A program made the translations under genes and the position numbers. Below are positions 1 to 10,749 of a stretch of DNA of 32,000 bases, in pieces. The DNA lies in contig NC_008789.1 in assembly GCF_000015585.1 (NCBI RefSeq), positions 2,310,001 through 2,342,000 on the forward strand, read 5' to 3'. Origin of the DNA: Halorhodospira halophila SL1. GTDB lineage: Bacteria; Pseudomonadota; Gammaproteobacteria; Nitrococcales; Halorhodospiraceae. The notes under the pieces are model-generated. The model searched no databases, was not told the DNA's origin, and worked only from the letters and a program-made list of their open reading frames with translations. How positions within the stretch are numbered: the first letter of the stretch is position 1; every line of letters begins with the position of its first letter.

Positions 1-2
1 TA

Positions 3-636
<634 letters not shown>

Positions 637-650
637 CTCGGGGCAACCGT

Positions 651-1079
651 CTATTTGACCACGCGCAGATTGGGCCGCTTGCCCCCGCTGGGGCCGTCCG
701 GCGGCCCGTCGTGGTCATCGTCACTGTCCTGCCCCGCGTCCAGGGCCTCGTACTCCTCCGACTCGGCGTCATCGCCCTCACCGAAGAGCATGCCCTGCCC
801 GTTCTCCCGGGCATAGATGGCCATGACCGCGTTCACCGGCACCTGAACACCGCGCGGCACACCACCGAAACGGGCACGGAAGACGATCTCGTCGTTGCCC
901 ATGTTCAGCCCCTGGACCGCCCGCGGTGCCACATTCAGCACCAGTCGGCCGTCCTCGGCGTATTCCAGCGGGGCGTCGACATCCTCCCGACTGGCATCCA
1001 CCAGCAGATAGGGGGTGTAACCGTTATCGGCGATCCACTCGTAGATCGCCCGGATGAGGTAGGGACGACTCGGGGTCAT
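651..1079 (-). CDS. sspB: Stringent starvation protein B (ClpXP adaptor)
   Basis: Starts MTPSRPYLIRAIYEWIADNGYTPYLLVD, has a long acidic linker and ends with a C-terminal RPNLRVVK ClpX-binding tail. ATG at 1079 is preceded by GGAGG. The track ORF to 1229 overlaps sspA and is rejected. Confidence 0.9.
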   Translation of the reverse strand: MTPSRPYLIRAIYEWIADNGYTPYLLVDASREDVDAPLEYAEDGRLVLNVAPRAVQGLNMGNDEIVFRARFGGVPRGVQVPVNAVMAIYARENGQGMLFGEGDDAESEEYEALDAGQDSDDDHDGPPDGPSGGKRPNLRVVK

Positions 1080-1096
1080 TGGTGCGCCTCCTGCCT

Positions 1097-1759
1097 TCAC
1101 GCACGCAGGGCCTGCTCCTCGCGGGTCAGACTGATGCGGAAGGCGTCGGTTGCAAACTGCTGTTCGGCGTACTGAGTGATCGCCGCTGCAGGCTCCGGGA
1201 GGTCGACCCCGGCGGCGGGCAAACGCCATAGCAGCGGCAGGATCGTAAGATCCATGATTGTCAGCTCGTCGCTGAGGAAGTACGGCTGGCCCTCGAAGAG
1301 CTCGGCAGCCGCCACCAGGCTCTCGGTCAGGGCGCGGCGGGCCTGCTGCGTCTGCGCCCCCGTACCGTCCTCGATTTGATCGTAGAGCGCGTACCAGTCG
1401 CGCTGCATGCGGTGGACCACCAGCCGCGCCTTCGCCCGGCTCACCGGGTCGACGGGTAACAGCGGCGGGTGCGGATACCGCTCATCCAGGTAGTCGATGA
1501 TGATCTCGGGGTGGTAGAGCGCGATGTCTCGGTCCACCAGCGTGGGCACGTCCCCGTAAGGGTTGTGCTCCAGCAGGGCGGTCGGCGGCTGGTCCGGATC
1601 GACCGGGACACGCTCGGCCTCGACCCCCTTGAGGGCCAGGGCCAGCCGGGCCCGATGGCTGTGTATGCATTGCGCTCCGGTATAGAGGCGGATCACGGGC
1701 CCTCCGGCGACCGTTTTGCGGGGTGGCCCGGAGTCCCCGGGCCACCCCACCCGGGTCAC
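1097..1759 (-). CDS. sspA: Stringent starvation protein A (GST-fold, RNAP-associated)
   Basis: GST-like fold sequence (LYTG..CIHSHRARLALALKGV, DLTILPLLWRL) directly upstream of sspB. There is no in-frame ATG. GTG at 1759 overlaps the petC stop as GTGA and has GGAGAGG 9 nt upstream. An alternative GTG at 1696 follows GGAGGG. Confidence 0.85.
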   Translation of the reverse strand: MTRVGWPGDSGPPRKTVAGGPVIRLYTGAQCIHSHRARLALALKGVEAERVPVDPDQPPTALLEHNPYGDVPTLVDRDIALYHPEIIIDYLDERYPHPPLLPVDPVSRAKARLVVHRMQRDWYALYDQIEDGTGAQTQQARRALTESLVAAAELFEGQPYFLSDELTIMDLTILPLLWRLPAAGVDLPEPAAAITQYAEQQFATDAFRISLTREEQALRA

Positions 1760-2490
1760 TTCTTGATGCCTCTCCAGAACTCCTTGTACAGGAGGTAGAA
1801 GACACCGGTCATGACGATCAGGAAGAGGATCACCCAGACCCCCATCCGCTCACGGTCCGCCCGGATGGGCTCGCCGGCGTAGGAGAGGAAGGCGGTGAGC
1901 TGGGCGGTGACCTCGCGGTACTCCTCCTCGCTCAGCTTGCCCTCGGCACCCTCGATGATCTCGAAGTCAACGATGTGGCCATCGTCGTCCTTGACCGCCT
2001 TCTGATCGCCCTGCAGGGCGAACAGGATGTGCGGCATCGAGGTCCCTTCCTGGACATAGTTGTTGTAGCCCACCTCGGCGTCTTCATCCACGTAGAAGGT
2101 GTTGAGGTAGGTGTAGATCCAGTCATCACCGTGGATGCGGGAGGTCAGCGAGAGGTCCGGCGGAGTCAGCCCGAACCAATTCTCGCCATCCTCGGGATCC
2201 ATGGGCGAGATGATCGGCTCGTGCAACTCGAAGTTGCCGCGCATGATCTTCTCTTCGACCCAGTCCTCGTCCTCGCCGACGTCATCGGCCAGCCGCTGGT
2301 AGCGCAGGTACTCCACCGAGTGGCACCCGACGCAGTAGTCGGCAAACAGCTCGGCACCCTTGCGGATGGACTCCCGGTCGTGGTGGCTGATGTTCGGTTC
2401 CATCATCCCCACCTCGGCCTTCACCGCGCCGGTGAAGGCCAGGGCGAGGAATGCACTCAGTGCGATTCCGGTCTTCTTTTTCATGCTCAT
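1756..2490 (-). CDS. petC: Cytochrome c1 of the ubiquinol-cytochrome c reductase (bc1) complex
   Basis: Signal peptide MKKKTGIALSAFLALAF, heme motif CVGCHS, C-terminal TM anchor VWVILFLIVMTGVFYLLY, located immediately downstream of cytochrome b. Confidence 0.9.
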   Translation of the reverse strand: MSMKKKTGIALSAFLALAFTGAVKAEVGMMEPNISHHDRESIRKGAELFADYCVGCHSVEYLRYQRLADDVGEDEDWVEEKIMRGNFELHEPIISPMDPEDGENWFGLTPPDLSLTSRIHGDDWIYTYLNTFYVDEDAEVGYNNYVQEGTSMPHILFALQGDQKAVKDDDGHIVDFEIIEGAEGKLSEEEYREVTAQLTAFLSYAGEPIRADRERMGVWVILFLIVMTGVFYLLYKEFWRGIKK

Positions 2491-2491
2491 G

Positions 2492-3724
2492 TCAGACGGT
2501 CACCCTTTCCGGAACAGGCTTCGTCTTCTCGAACCCGAAGTAGGTGTAGGCCCAGAGGAAGACGAAGAACCCGAAGTAGATCACGGTCGAGATCTGGCTC
2601 AACAGGATCGGCAGACCCGTGGGCTCCTCCATGCCGGCCCAGGTCAGCACCAGGAAGGACACCGTGAAGGCAGCCAGCGCGACCTTGAAGCCGAGACCGC
2701 GGTAGCGGATGGACTTCACCGGACTGCGGTCGATCCAGGGCAGGAACAGCAGGATGCCCGGCGCCGCCAGCATGACAATCACGCCCAGGGCCTCGCTCGG
2801 GATCGACTGCAGCATGGCGTACCACGCCGTGAAGTACCAGATCGGGTGGATCACCTCGGGCGTCTGCAGCGGATTCGCCTCCTGGAAGTTCGGCGCCTCG
2901 ATGAAGTAGCCGCCGAAGGTCGGGGCGAAGAACATCACCGCGCAGAACAGGATCAGGAAGATGCCCCAGCCGAACATGTCCTTGGCCACGACGTAGGGGT
3001 GGAAGCCAACGCCGTCGATGGGCTTGCCGTTCTCATCCTTGTTCTGCTTGATCTCGACGCCGTCAGGACTGCTGGAGCCGACGTGGTGCAGTGCAACGAT
3101 ATGCACGAACACCAGCGCGATCAGGACCAGCGGCAGCGCCACCACGTGGAGGGCGAAGAGCCGGCCGAGCGTCGCCTCGTTGACGACGAAGCCGCCCTGA
3201 AGCCAGACCACCAGCTCGTCACCGACCACCGGGATCACACCAGCCAGCGCGATGATCACCTGCGCCGCCCAGTAGGACATCTGCCCCCAGGGCAGGACGT
3301 AGCCCATGAACGCCTCGGTCATCATGACCAGGTAGATCAGCACACCGGTGATCCAGAGCAGCTCACGCGGCTTCTTATAAGAGCCGTAGAGCAGCCCTCG
3401 GTACATGTGCAGATACACAACCAGGAAGAACGCCGACGCGCCCGTCGTGTGCATGTAGCGCATCAACCAGCCCCAGTCCACGTCGCGCATGATGAACTCC
3501 ACGGAGGAGAACGCGCGCTCGACGGAGGGCTGGTAGTAGAACATCAGCCAGATGCCGGACACGATCTGGATCACAAGGACCAGGATCGAGAGCGATCCGA
3601 ACAGGTACCACCAGTTGACGTTCTTGGGGACGTAGTACTCGGTCATGTGGTACCGCCAAGTACTCGTCATGGGATAGCGGTCATCGATCCACTGCTGCAG
3701 ACCGCTGAGATTGAGACGGTTCAT
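2492..3724 (-). CDS. petB: Cytochrome b of the bc1 complex
   Basis: Multi-TM protein of about 410 aa with the conserved heme-ligand His pairs (MRYMHTTGASAFF / VYLHMYRG and LFALHVV / IVALHHVG) and the Qo-site motif as PIWY. ATG at 3724 is chosen; the track starts at the GTG one codon upstream. Confidence 0.93.
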   Translation of the reverse strand: MNRLNLSGLQQWIDDRYPMTSTWRYHMTEYYVPKNVNWWYLFGSLSILVLVIQIVSGIWLMFYYQPSVERAFSSVEFIMRDVDWGWLMRYMHTTGASAFFLVVYLHMYRGLLYGSYKKPRELLWITGVLIYLVMMTEAFMGYVLPWGQMSYWAAQVIIALAGVIPVVGDELVVWLQGGFVVNEATLGRLFALHVVALPLVLIALVFVHIVALHHVGSSSPDGVEIKQNKDENGKPIDGVGFHPYVVAKDMFGWGIFLILFCAVMFFAPTFGGYFIEAPNFQEANPLQTPEVIHPIWYFTAWYAMLQSIPSEALGVIVMLAAPGILLFLPWIDRSPVKSIRYRGLGFKVALAAFTVSFLVLTWAGMEEPTGLPILLSQISTVIYFGFFVFLWAYTYFGFEKTKPVPERVTV

Positions 3725-3876
3725 CACGCCGCGCCCTCCTCTTCGTCTTCGGTATCCTCGCCGATGACGAGCTTAATGTCCTCCGGGAGCCGATCTTGCG
3801 GCACCGACAGGCTCCCCGGTCCTGGCACCCCGCGCCCGACACGCCCGCCCGTCGCGGCTCCCTGCCGTATCGGGGC
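3724..3876 (-). pseudogene. petA: C-terminal relic of the Rieske iron-sulfur subunit gene
   Basis: The frame ending TGATG on the petB start reads APIRQGAATGGRVGRGVPGPGSLSVPQDRLPEDIKLVIGEDTEDEEEGAA*. The pattern GRV.RGVP.P..L.VP...D.KL.IGED matches Rieske C-termini. The frame is closed by TAG at 3877-3879, has no ATG, and no CTHLGC or CPCHGS box occurs in any frame. Only 278 nt lie between petB and the next gene. Confidence 0.55.
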
Positions 3877-3976
3877 CTACAGGGTGTACAAGCAGCGCGT
3901 AAGCTTCGTACATCGCATCGCCGGGCGTCAAGGCAGGACCGCCCCGCCTCAACACCCCGGGGTTGACCGATAGGCT

Positions 3977-4005
3977 ATTACATTAACCGTAATACGTCAT
4001 GTCTA
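3977..4005 (-). promoter_or_regulatory. Sigma70-like promoter candidate for the pet operon
   Basis: Minus strand reads TAGACA (4005-4000, includes the NIF3 stop codon), a 17-nt spacer, then TGTAAT (3982-3977). Both hexamers are 5/6 to consensus and lie in the only clearly AT-rich stretch of the window. Confidence 0.3.
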
Positions 4006-4761
4006 GGCCGGGTTCTCGATCTCCACGTAGTGGTGTTCCACACCGAGGGCCTCCGCCAGATGGGCCCCCAGCGCCTGCACGCCGCTGCGCTCGCTGGCGT
4101 GGTGGCCAGCGGCAAAATAGTGAATCCCGCGCTCGCGGGCCACGTGGGTCGTCGGCTCCGAGAGCTCGCCCGAGAGGAAGGCATCGACGCCCAGATCCGC
4201 CGCCTGGTCGATCAGGCCGTCGGCCCCGCCACTGCACCAGGCCACCCGGTAGATGGTGGTGGTCCCCCCATCAACATGGGTGGGCGCACGGCCCAGCGCC
4301 TGCTCAACCCGCGCCGCGAACGCGTCGGCCCGCTCCGCCTCGGACAGCACCCCGGACCACAGCAGGCCGGGTACCCCCTTGGCTGCGTGCCGGCCGTCTG
4401 TCTCTAGGCCCAGGAGTCGGGCCAGCCCGGCGTTGTTGCCCAACTTCGGGTGGACGTCCAGAGGCAGATGGTAGGCGAAGAGGTTGATCCCGGCCTCGAT
4501 CAACAGCCGCAGCCGACGGGCCTTCATGCCCACCACCCGCGGGTCCTCCCCCTTCCAGAAGTAGCCGTGGTGGACGATCACCGCGTCGGCGCGCAGGTCG
4601 CGCGCTGCCTCGATCAGCGCCGCACTGGCGGTCACTCCGCTGACCACCGTGGCAATCTGCTCACGGCCCTCGACCTGCAGTCCGTTGGGCGCGTAGTCGG
4701 GGTACTCGGCGGGGGTCAGCAGCTCGTTCAGGTATGCTTCCAGGCGGTTTCGGTGCACCAT
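4003..4761 (-). CDS. NIF3-family dinuclear-metal-centre protein (YbgI-like)
   Basis: MVHRNRLEAYLNELL..APNGLQVEG..DAVIVHHGYFW..YHLPLDVHP..SGELSE..FAAGHHASE is typical NIF3/YbgI. The internal ATG at 4761 is chosen; the 64-codon upstream extension in the track is Arg/Pro-rich with no family match. Confidence 0.85.
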   Translation of the reverse strand: MVHRNRLEAYLNELLTPAEYPDYAPNGLQVEGREQIATVVSGVTASAALIEAARDLRADAVIVHHGYFWKGEDPRVVGMKARRLRLLIEAGINLFAYHLPLDVHPKLGNNAGLARLLGLETDGRHAAKGVPGLLWSGVLSEAERADAFAARVEQALGRAPTHVDGGTTTIYRVAWCSGGADGLIDQAADLGVDAFLSGELSEPTTHVARERGIHYFAAGHHASERSGVQALGAHLAEALGVEHHYVEIENPA

Positions 4762-6043
4762 GTCCTCGGTTCTCGACGCAGGCATTTTCATGAGGCTAGC
4801 AGGACGATCCGGTTGGCGGCCATTGGGCCTGGAGGGCACCGAGTGGATTCGGTTTCTCCTCGGATACACCGGGCTGGGCGTGGTGTTGGCCCTGGTCATC
4901 GTCTGGATCAACCCTGACCTGCTGGGCCCCCTGACGCCCCGGGTCGAGATCACCGAGAGTGAAGATTGCCAGACCGTCGCCCCGGGGCGACAAAACGACG
5001 CAGCCGATGCGCCGCCTCGACGGGAACCGGTCTCCTACGCCGACGCGGTGGAACGGGCCGCGCCGGCGGTGGTGAACATCTTCACGGTCAAGCAGGTCAC
5101 CGAACAGCTCACCCCGCCCGGATTCGACGATCCCCTATTCCGCCGCTTCTTCGGCGACCCTCCGACCCGCGAGCGCCAACGCACCGAGACCAGCCTCGGC
5201 TCGGGGGTCATCGTCGCCGAGGAAGGCTATGTGGTCACCAACCACCACGTCATCGACGACGCCGACCAGATCCAGGTACTGCTGGCCGACGGTCGCCAGA
5301 GGGCGGCCACGGTGGTGGGGCGCGACCCGGAGACGGACCTGGCAGTGCTGCGCATCGAGGCCGAACGGCTGCCAGTGATCACCTTCGCCCGGGACGAGCG
5401 GGTGCGGGTGGGCGACGTGGTGCTGGCCATCGGCAACCCGTTCGGGGTCGGACAGACGGTCACCCAGGGGATCATCAGCGCCACCGGGCGCGACCAGCTG
5501 GGGCTGTCGACCTTCGAGAACTTCCTGCAGACCGATGCCGCCATCAACCCGGGCAATTCCGGTGGCGCCCTGATCGACGCCGAGGGGCGGCTGGTGGGGA
5601 TCAATACCGCCATCTTCAGCGGCACCGGCGGCTCACAGGGGATCGGCTTCGCCATCCCGGCGGGCATTGCCCAGGCGGTGATGTCCGACCTGATCCAGTA
5701 CGGACGCGTGGTGCGCGGCTGGCTGGGGGTACAGGCACAGCGGCTGACGCCGGCCCTCGCCGAGTCCTTCGGCCACCCCCCGGATACCGAGGGCGTAGCG
5801 GTCACCCACATCCTGCCCCGCGGACCGGCGGACCAGGCCGGCCTGGAGGCCGGCGACATCATCGTCGAGCTGGGCGGTCAGCGCATCCGCGACGTCCAGG
5901 ATCTGCTGCAGGTGGCCAGCGCGGCGGCACCGGGCACCGAGATGGAGATCTCCGGCTACCGCGATCAGGAGCCTTTCTCAACCTCCGTCACCCTCGGTGA
6001 GCGGCCGGACATGCAGCAGCCCAGCCACCCCGGGCGGCGCTAA
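4760..6043 (+). CDS. degS: DegS/AlgW-type periplasmic serine endoprotease (one PDZ domain, N-terminal TM anchor)
   Basis: TM segment FLLGYTGLGVVLALVIVWI. Trypsin-like triad contexts VVTNHHVI, DLAVLRI and GNSGGAL. A single PDZ region (GVAVTHILPRGPADQAGLEAGDIIVEL). The start is ambiguous between ATG 4760 and ATG 4790, and neither has a clear SD. Confidence 0.8.
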   Translation: MSSVLDAGIFMRLAGRSGWRPLGLEGTEWIRFLLGYTGLGVVLALVIVWINPDLLGPLTPRVEITESEDCQTVAPGRQNDAADAPPRREPVSYADAVERAAPAVVNIFTVKQVTEQLTPPGFDDPLFRRFFGDPPTRERQRTETSLGSGVIVAEEGYVVTNHHVIDDADQIQVLLADGRQRAATVVGRDPETDLAVLRIEAERLPVITFARDERVRVGDVVLAIGNPFGVGQTVTQGIISATGRDQLGLSTFENFLQTDAAINPGNSGGALIDAEGRLVGINTAIFSGTGGSQGIGFAIPAGIAQAVMSDLIQYGRVVRGWLGVQAQRLTPALAESFGHPPDTEGVAVTHILPRGPADQAGLEAGDIIVELGGQRIRDVQDLLQVASAAAPGTEMEISGYRDQEPFSTSVTLGERPDMQQPSHPGRR

Positions 6044-6054
6044 TCGACAACGCC

Positions 6055-6071
6055 CCGGCCAGACTGGCCGG
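6055..6071. terminator. Hairpin between convergent degS and hisC (possible bidirectional terminator)
   Basis: CCGGCCA-gac-TGGCCGG, a 7-bp perfect stem inside the 46-nt convergent spacer, with no T-run. Confidence 0.3.
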
Positions 6072-6089
6072 CGCTGGGGCAGCCGCGGC

Positions 6090-7187
6090 TCAGGCCGCCA
6101 CGGCGAGGGTCTCGGCCAGCGCCTCGAGGAAGCGGTTGTTCTCCTCGGGGCGACCGACCGTCACCCGCAGGCAGTCCTCCAGCCGCGGATGGCTGCCGTG
6201 CAGGCGCTTGATCAGGACCCCTCGATCGAGCAGACCACGGTGCACGGCATCGGCACTGCCCTGCGGCACCCGGAAGGTGAGGAAGTTGGTCTGCGTCGGC
6301 CAGACCTGCTCGACACCGGGGACCGCCGGCAGCTCCTCGACCAGCCGCGCCCGTTCGCCGAGCACGTGGGCCACACAGCGATCCAGGGCCTCCTGGTGCT
6401 CGACGGCGAATGCCGCACTGGCCTGGGCCAGGCTGCCCAGGTTGTAGGGCAGGCGACACTTCTCCAGCTGGTCGATCCAGGCCGGATGGCCGATCAGCAC
6501 CCCGACCCGCAGGCCCGCCAGACCGACCTTAGAGAGCGTGCGCAGCACCAGGCAGTTGGGGAACTCCAGCACCCGCGGCAGGAAGCTGCTGTCGGCGTAG
6601 GGGGCGTAGGCCTCATCGACTACCACCAGGCCGTCGCTCTGCGCCACCAGCTCCGCCACGGCGTCCAGATCGAGGCCATTGCCGGTGGGGTTGTTCGGGT
6701 GCGCCAGGTAGGTGACCGCCGGGTTGTACGCCGACACCGCCTCCCGGGTGGCGGCGAGATCCAGCCCGAACTCCGCATCGAGCGGCACCTCGACGTATTC
6801 GGCGCCGGTATACTCGGCGATGATCCGGTACATGGCAAAACTCGGCCCCGGGGCCATCACCGTGCGCCCACTGCCAGCCACGGCCAGATCGATGAGCTGG
6901 ATGAGCTCATCGGAGCCGTTGCCGAGCAACAGCTCTGCCCCCTCGGGGACCCCCAACCCCTCGCGCAGCAGGGGCTTGAGCCGCCGGGCCGCCGGGTCCG
7001 GATAGCGGTTCACGGACACCGAACGCATGCGCTCCAGCCAGGCCTCTTCCAGGGCCCCGGGCCAGGCCCATGGGCTCTCCATGGCATCGAGCTTGATGGC
7101 CTTGCCCGGCTCGGCCACCTGATAGGCCTCCAGGGCCTGCACCTGTGGCCGCACCCAGCGGGCGACCCGCGCCTCGACCTCAGTCAC
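6090..7187 (-). CDS. hisC: Histidinol-phosphate aminotransferase
   Basis: Class-II aminotransferase features ([22 protein letters not shown]) directly downstream of hisD. GTG at 7187 has GGGGGAGGAG 9 nt upstream and an 8-nt overlap with hisD. The track ATG at 7232 is the alternative. Confidence 0.85.
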   Translation of the reverse strand: MTEVEARVARWVRPQVQALEAYQVAEPGKAIKLDAMESPWAWPGALEEAWLERMRSVSVNRYPDPAARRLKPLLREGLGVPEGAELLLGNGSDELIQLIDLAVAGSGRTVMAPGPSFAMYRIIAEYTGAEYVEVPLDAEFGLDLAATREAVSAYNPAVTYLAHPNNPTGNGLDLDAVAELVAQSDGLVVVDEAYAPYADSSFLPRVLEFPNCLVLRTLSKVGLAGLRVGVLIGHPAWIDQLEKCRLPYNLGSLAQASAAFAVEHQEALDRCVAHVLGERARLVEELPAVPGVEQVWPTQTNFLTFRVPQGSADAVHRGLLDRGVLIKRLHGSHPRLEDCLRVTVGRPEENNRFLEALAETLAVAA

Positions 7188-8499
7188 CGCTGCGCTCCTC
7201 CCCCTGGCCGCGGTACTCCGCTGAGCGGGCATGGGCGGTCAGTCCCTCGCCCCGTGCCATCACCGCGGCGGTCCCGGCCAGTGCTGCGGCGCCGGCGGGT
7301 GAGCAGGCCAGCGTGGTGGAACGCTTCTGGAAGTCGTAGACACCCAACGGCGATGCGAACCGCGCGGTCCGCGACGTCGGCAGCGTGTGGTTGGGGCCGG
7401 CACAGTAATCACCCAGTGACTCGGCGCTGTAATGGCCGAGGAAGATCGCCCCGGCGTGACGGATGCCCTCGGCCAGTCGATCGGGCTCGGCCACGGAGAG
7501 CTCCAGGTGTTCCGGAGCGACATAGTTGGCCACCTGCTGCGCCTCTTCCAGATCGCGGACACAGATCAACGCCCCCCGCTCCGCCAGCGAGGTGCGGATG
7601 ATCTCCGAACGCTCCATATCCGGCAGCAGGCGCTCCATGGCCGCCTGGACCTGATCGAGGAAGACGAAGTCCGGGCAGACCAGCAGGGCCTGCGCCTCCT
7701 CGTCGTGCTCGGCCTGGGAGAACAGGTCCATGGCGATCCACTCGGGATCGGCCTGGCCGTCGCTGATGACCAGCACCTCGGAGGGGCCGGCGATCATGTC
7801 GATGCCCACCACCCCGTAGACGCGGCGCTTGGCCTCGGCAACATAGGCGTTACCGGGGCCGACGATCTTGTCCACGGCGGGTACGGTCTCGGTCCCGTAG
7901 GCCAGGGCCGCCACCGCCTGCGCCCCGCCCAAGGTGAAGATGCGATCCACGCCCGCCACATGGGCAGCGGCCAGCACCAGTGGTGAGAGCTCCCCCCCGG
8001 GGGCCGGGACGGTCATGATGATCTCCTGCACGCCGGCCACCCGGGCCGGCACGGCGTTCATCAGCACCGATGAGGGATAGGCGGCCTTGCCGCCGGGGAC
8101 GTAGACCCCGACCCGGTCGAGGGCGGTGACCTGCTGCCCGAGGCGGTTACCGTCGGCGTCCTGGTACTCCCAGGACTCCAGGCGCTGACGCTGCGCGTAG
8201 TCGCGGATCCGCGCGGCCGCCTGCTCCAGCGCCTCGCGCATCTCCGGGGCGATCTGTTCGTGGGCCGCGACCACCTGCTCGGTCGGGATCTCCAGCGCGG
8301 CCACCGAATCGGCCTCGCGGCCGTCGAAACGCCGCGTGTAATCCAGCAGGGCCGCATCACCGCCGGTGCGAACCCCCTCGACCACCTCGGCGACGCGCTG
8401 CTCAATGGAGGCGCCCGGGTGGCTCCCCCAGCTCGTCAGGGCGTCCAGGCTGTCCCAGAAATCGGGTTGTGTGGTGCTCAGCCGCTTGATGTCGACCAT
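7180..8499 (-). CDS. hisD: Histidinol dehydrogenase
   Basis: [15 protein letters not shown].., [45 protein letters not shown]. The internal ATG at 8499 is chosen. The 127-codon track extension overlaps hisG and is Arg/Gly-rich. Confidence 0.92.
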   Translation of the reverse strand: MVDIKRLSTTQPDFWDSLDALTSWGSHPGASIEQRVAEVVEGVRTGGDAALLDYTRRFDGREADSVAALEIPTEQVVAAHEQIAPEMREALEQAAARIRDYAQRQRLESWEYQDADGNRLGQQVTALDRVGVYVPGGKAAYPSSVLMNAVPARVAGVQEIIMTVPAPGGELSPLVLAAAHVAGVDRIFTLGGAQAVAALAYGTETVPAVDKIVGPGNAYVAEAKRRVYGVVGIDMIAGPSEVLVISDGQADPEWIAMDLFSQAEHDEEAQALLVCPDFVFLDQVQAAMERLLPDMERSEIIRTSLAERGALICVRDLEEAQQVANYVAPEHLELSVAEPDRLAEGIRHAGAIFLGHYSAESLGDYCAGPNHTLPTSRTARFASPLGVYDFQKRSTTLACSPAGAAALAGTAAVMARGEGLTAHARSAEYRGQGEERSGD

Positions 8500-8519
8500 G
8501 CTTTCCTCTCGCGATAAAG

Positions 8520-9164
8520 CTAACTGGTGTCCTTGGCGCGCGCCGCCGCCGCCAGATCGTCGATCAGCGTCCCCAGACGGTCGGGGCTGGTCTTCAGGGA
8601 GGCCTTGTTGACGACCAGCCGCGAGCTGATCGGCATGATCTCCTCGAGCGGCGCAAGCCCGTTGGCGCGCAGGGTGTTCCCGGTGTCGACCAGGTCCACG
8701 ATGAGATCGGCCATGCCGACCAGCGGCGCCAGCTCCATAGAGCCGTAGAGCTTGATGATCTCGGCCTGCCGGCCCTGCGCAGCGAAGTGTTGCCGGGCCA
8801 GATGTACGAACTTGGTCGCCACGCGCGGGCGGCGCCCGGGCGGCGGTCCGTCCGGCGGTCCGGCCACCATCAGCCGGCACCGGGCGATCCCCAGATCCAC
8901 CGGGTCGTAGAGACCATCGCCGCCGTGCTCCAGGAGCACGTCCCGACCGGCCACACCGAGGTCGGCGCCGCCGTGCTCGACGTAGGTCGGCACGTCCGAG
9001 GCGCGCACGACCAGCAGCCGGACGTCCTCGCGGTTGGTACCGATGATCAGCTTGCGGCTGGCGTCCGGATCCTCGGCGGGCTCAATCCCGCAGCGCGCCA
9101 GCAGCGGCAGGGTCTCTTCCAGGATGCGCCCCTTGGACAGGGCCAGGGTCAGGGTTCGGCTCAT
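8520..9164 (-). CDS. hisG: ATP phosphoribosyltransferase, short form
   Basis: [22 protein letters not shown].., [15 protein letters not shown]. At 214 aa it is the short HisG type, which normally needs HisZ, and hisZ is not in this window. Confidence 0.9.
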   Translation of the reverse strand: MSRTLTLALSKGRILEETLPLLARCGIEPAEDPDASRKLIIGTNREDVRLLVVRASDVPTYVEHGGADLGVAGRDVLLEHGGDGLYDPVDLGIARCRLMVAGPPDGPPPGRRPRVATKFVHLARQHFAAQGRQAEIIKLYGSMELAPLVGMADLIVDLVDTGNTLRANGLAPLEEIMPISSRLVVNKASLKTSPDRLGTLIDDLAAAARAKDTS

Positions 9165-9186
9165 GGTATTCGATCGGTCTCCGTCG

Positions 9187-10699
<1,513 letters not shown>

Positions 10700-10749
10700 G
10701 GGGCGATCCCCTCCGGACACGGACCGCGGGCTCCCCGCGAGGGCGGACG

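Noticed and set aside
3823-3828. TGGCAC on the plus strand, reminiscent of a sigma-54 -24 element
   Set aside because: The expected -12 element (TTGC, 4-5 nt downstream) is absent (the sequence is TGGCACCCCGCGCCCG). In addition, the orientation points antisense into the NIF3 gene.
3773-3955. 60-aa minus-strand ORF (GTG start) in the petB upstream gap
   Set aside because: It has no family resemblance and is out of frame with the Rieske-like C-terminal relic. It is best explained as a chance open frame across decayed petA sequence, and it is mentioned under the petA finding.
2360-3973. 537-aa plus-strand ORF across the pet region
   Set aside because: It is antisense to cytochrome b and c1. 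Its composition is dominated by R/D/H/Q/E/G runs and no motif is seen, so it is a high-GC artefact.
5997-7601. 534-aa plus-strand ORF
   Set aside because: It is antisense to hisC/hisD and its Arg/Pro/Gly-rich translation has no family resemblance.
7180-8880. N-terminally extended track ORFs (hisD to 8880; also sspB to 1229, NIF3 to 4953, hisG to 9290, rpoN from 17270, hpf from 18669, ptsN from 19166, rapZ from 19974, pmbA to 23159, rlmH to 31527)
   Set aside because: The extensions overlap the preceding gene and are Arg/Pro/Gly-rich. Each is followed by an internal start that aligns with the canonical family N-terminus, usually with an SD or a 4-nt start/stop overlap.
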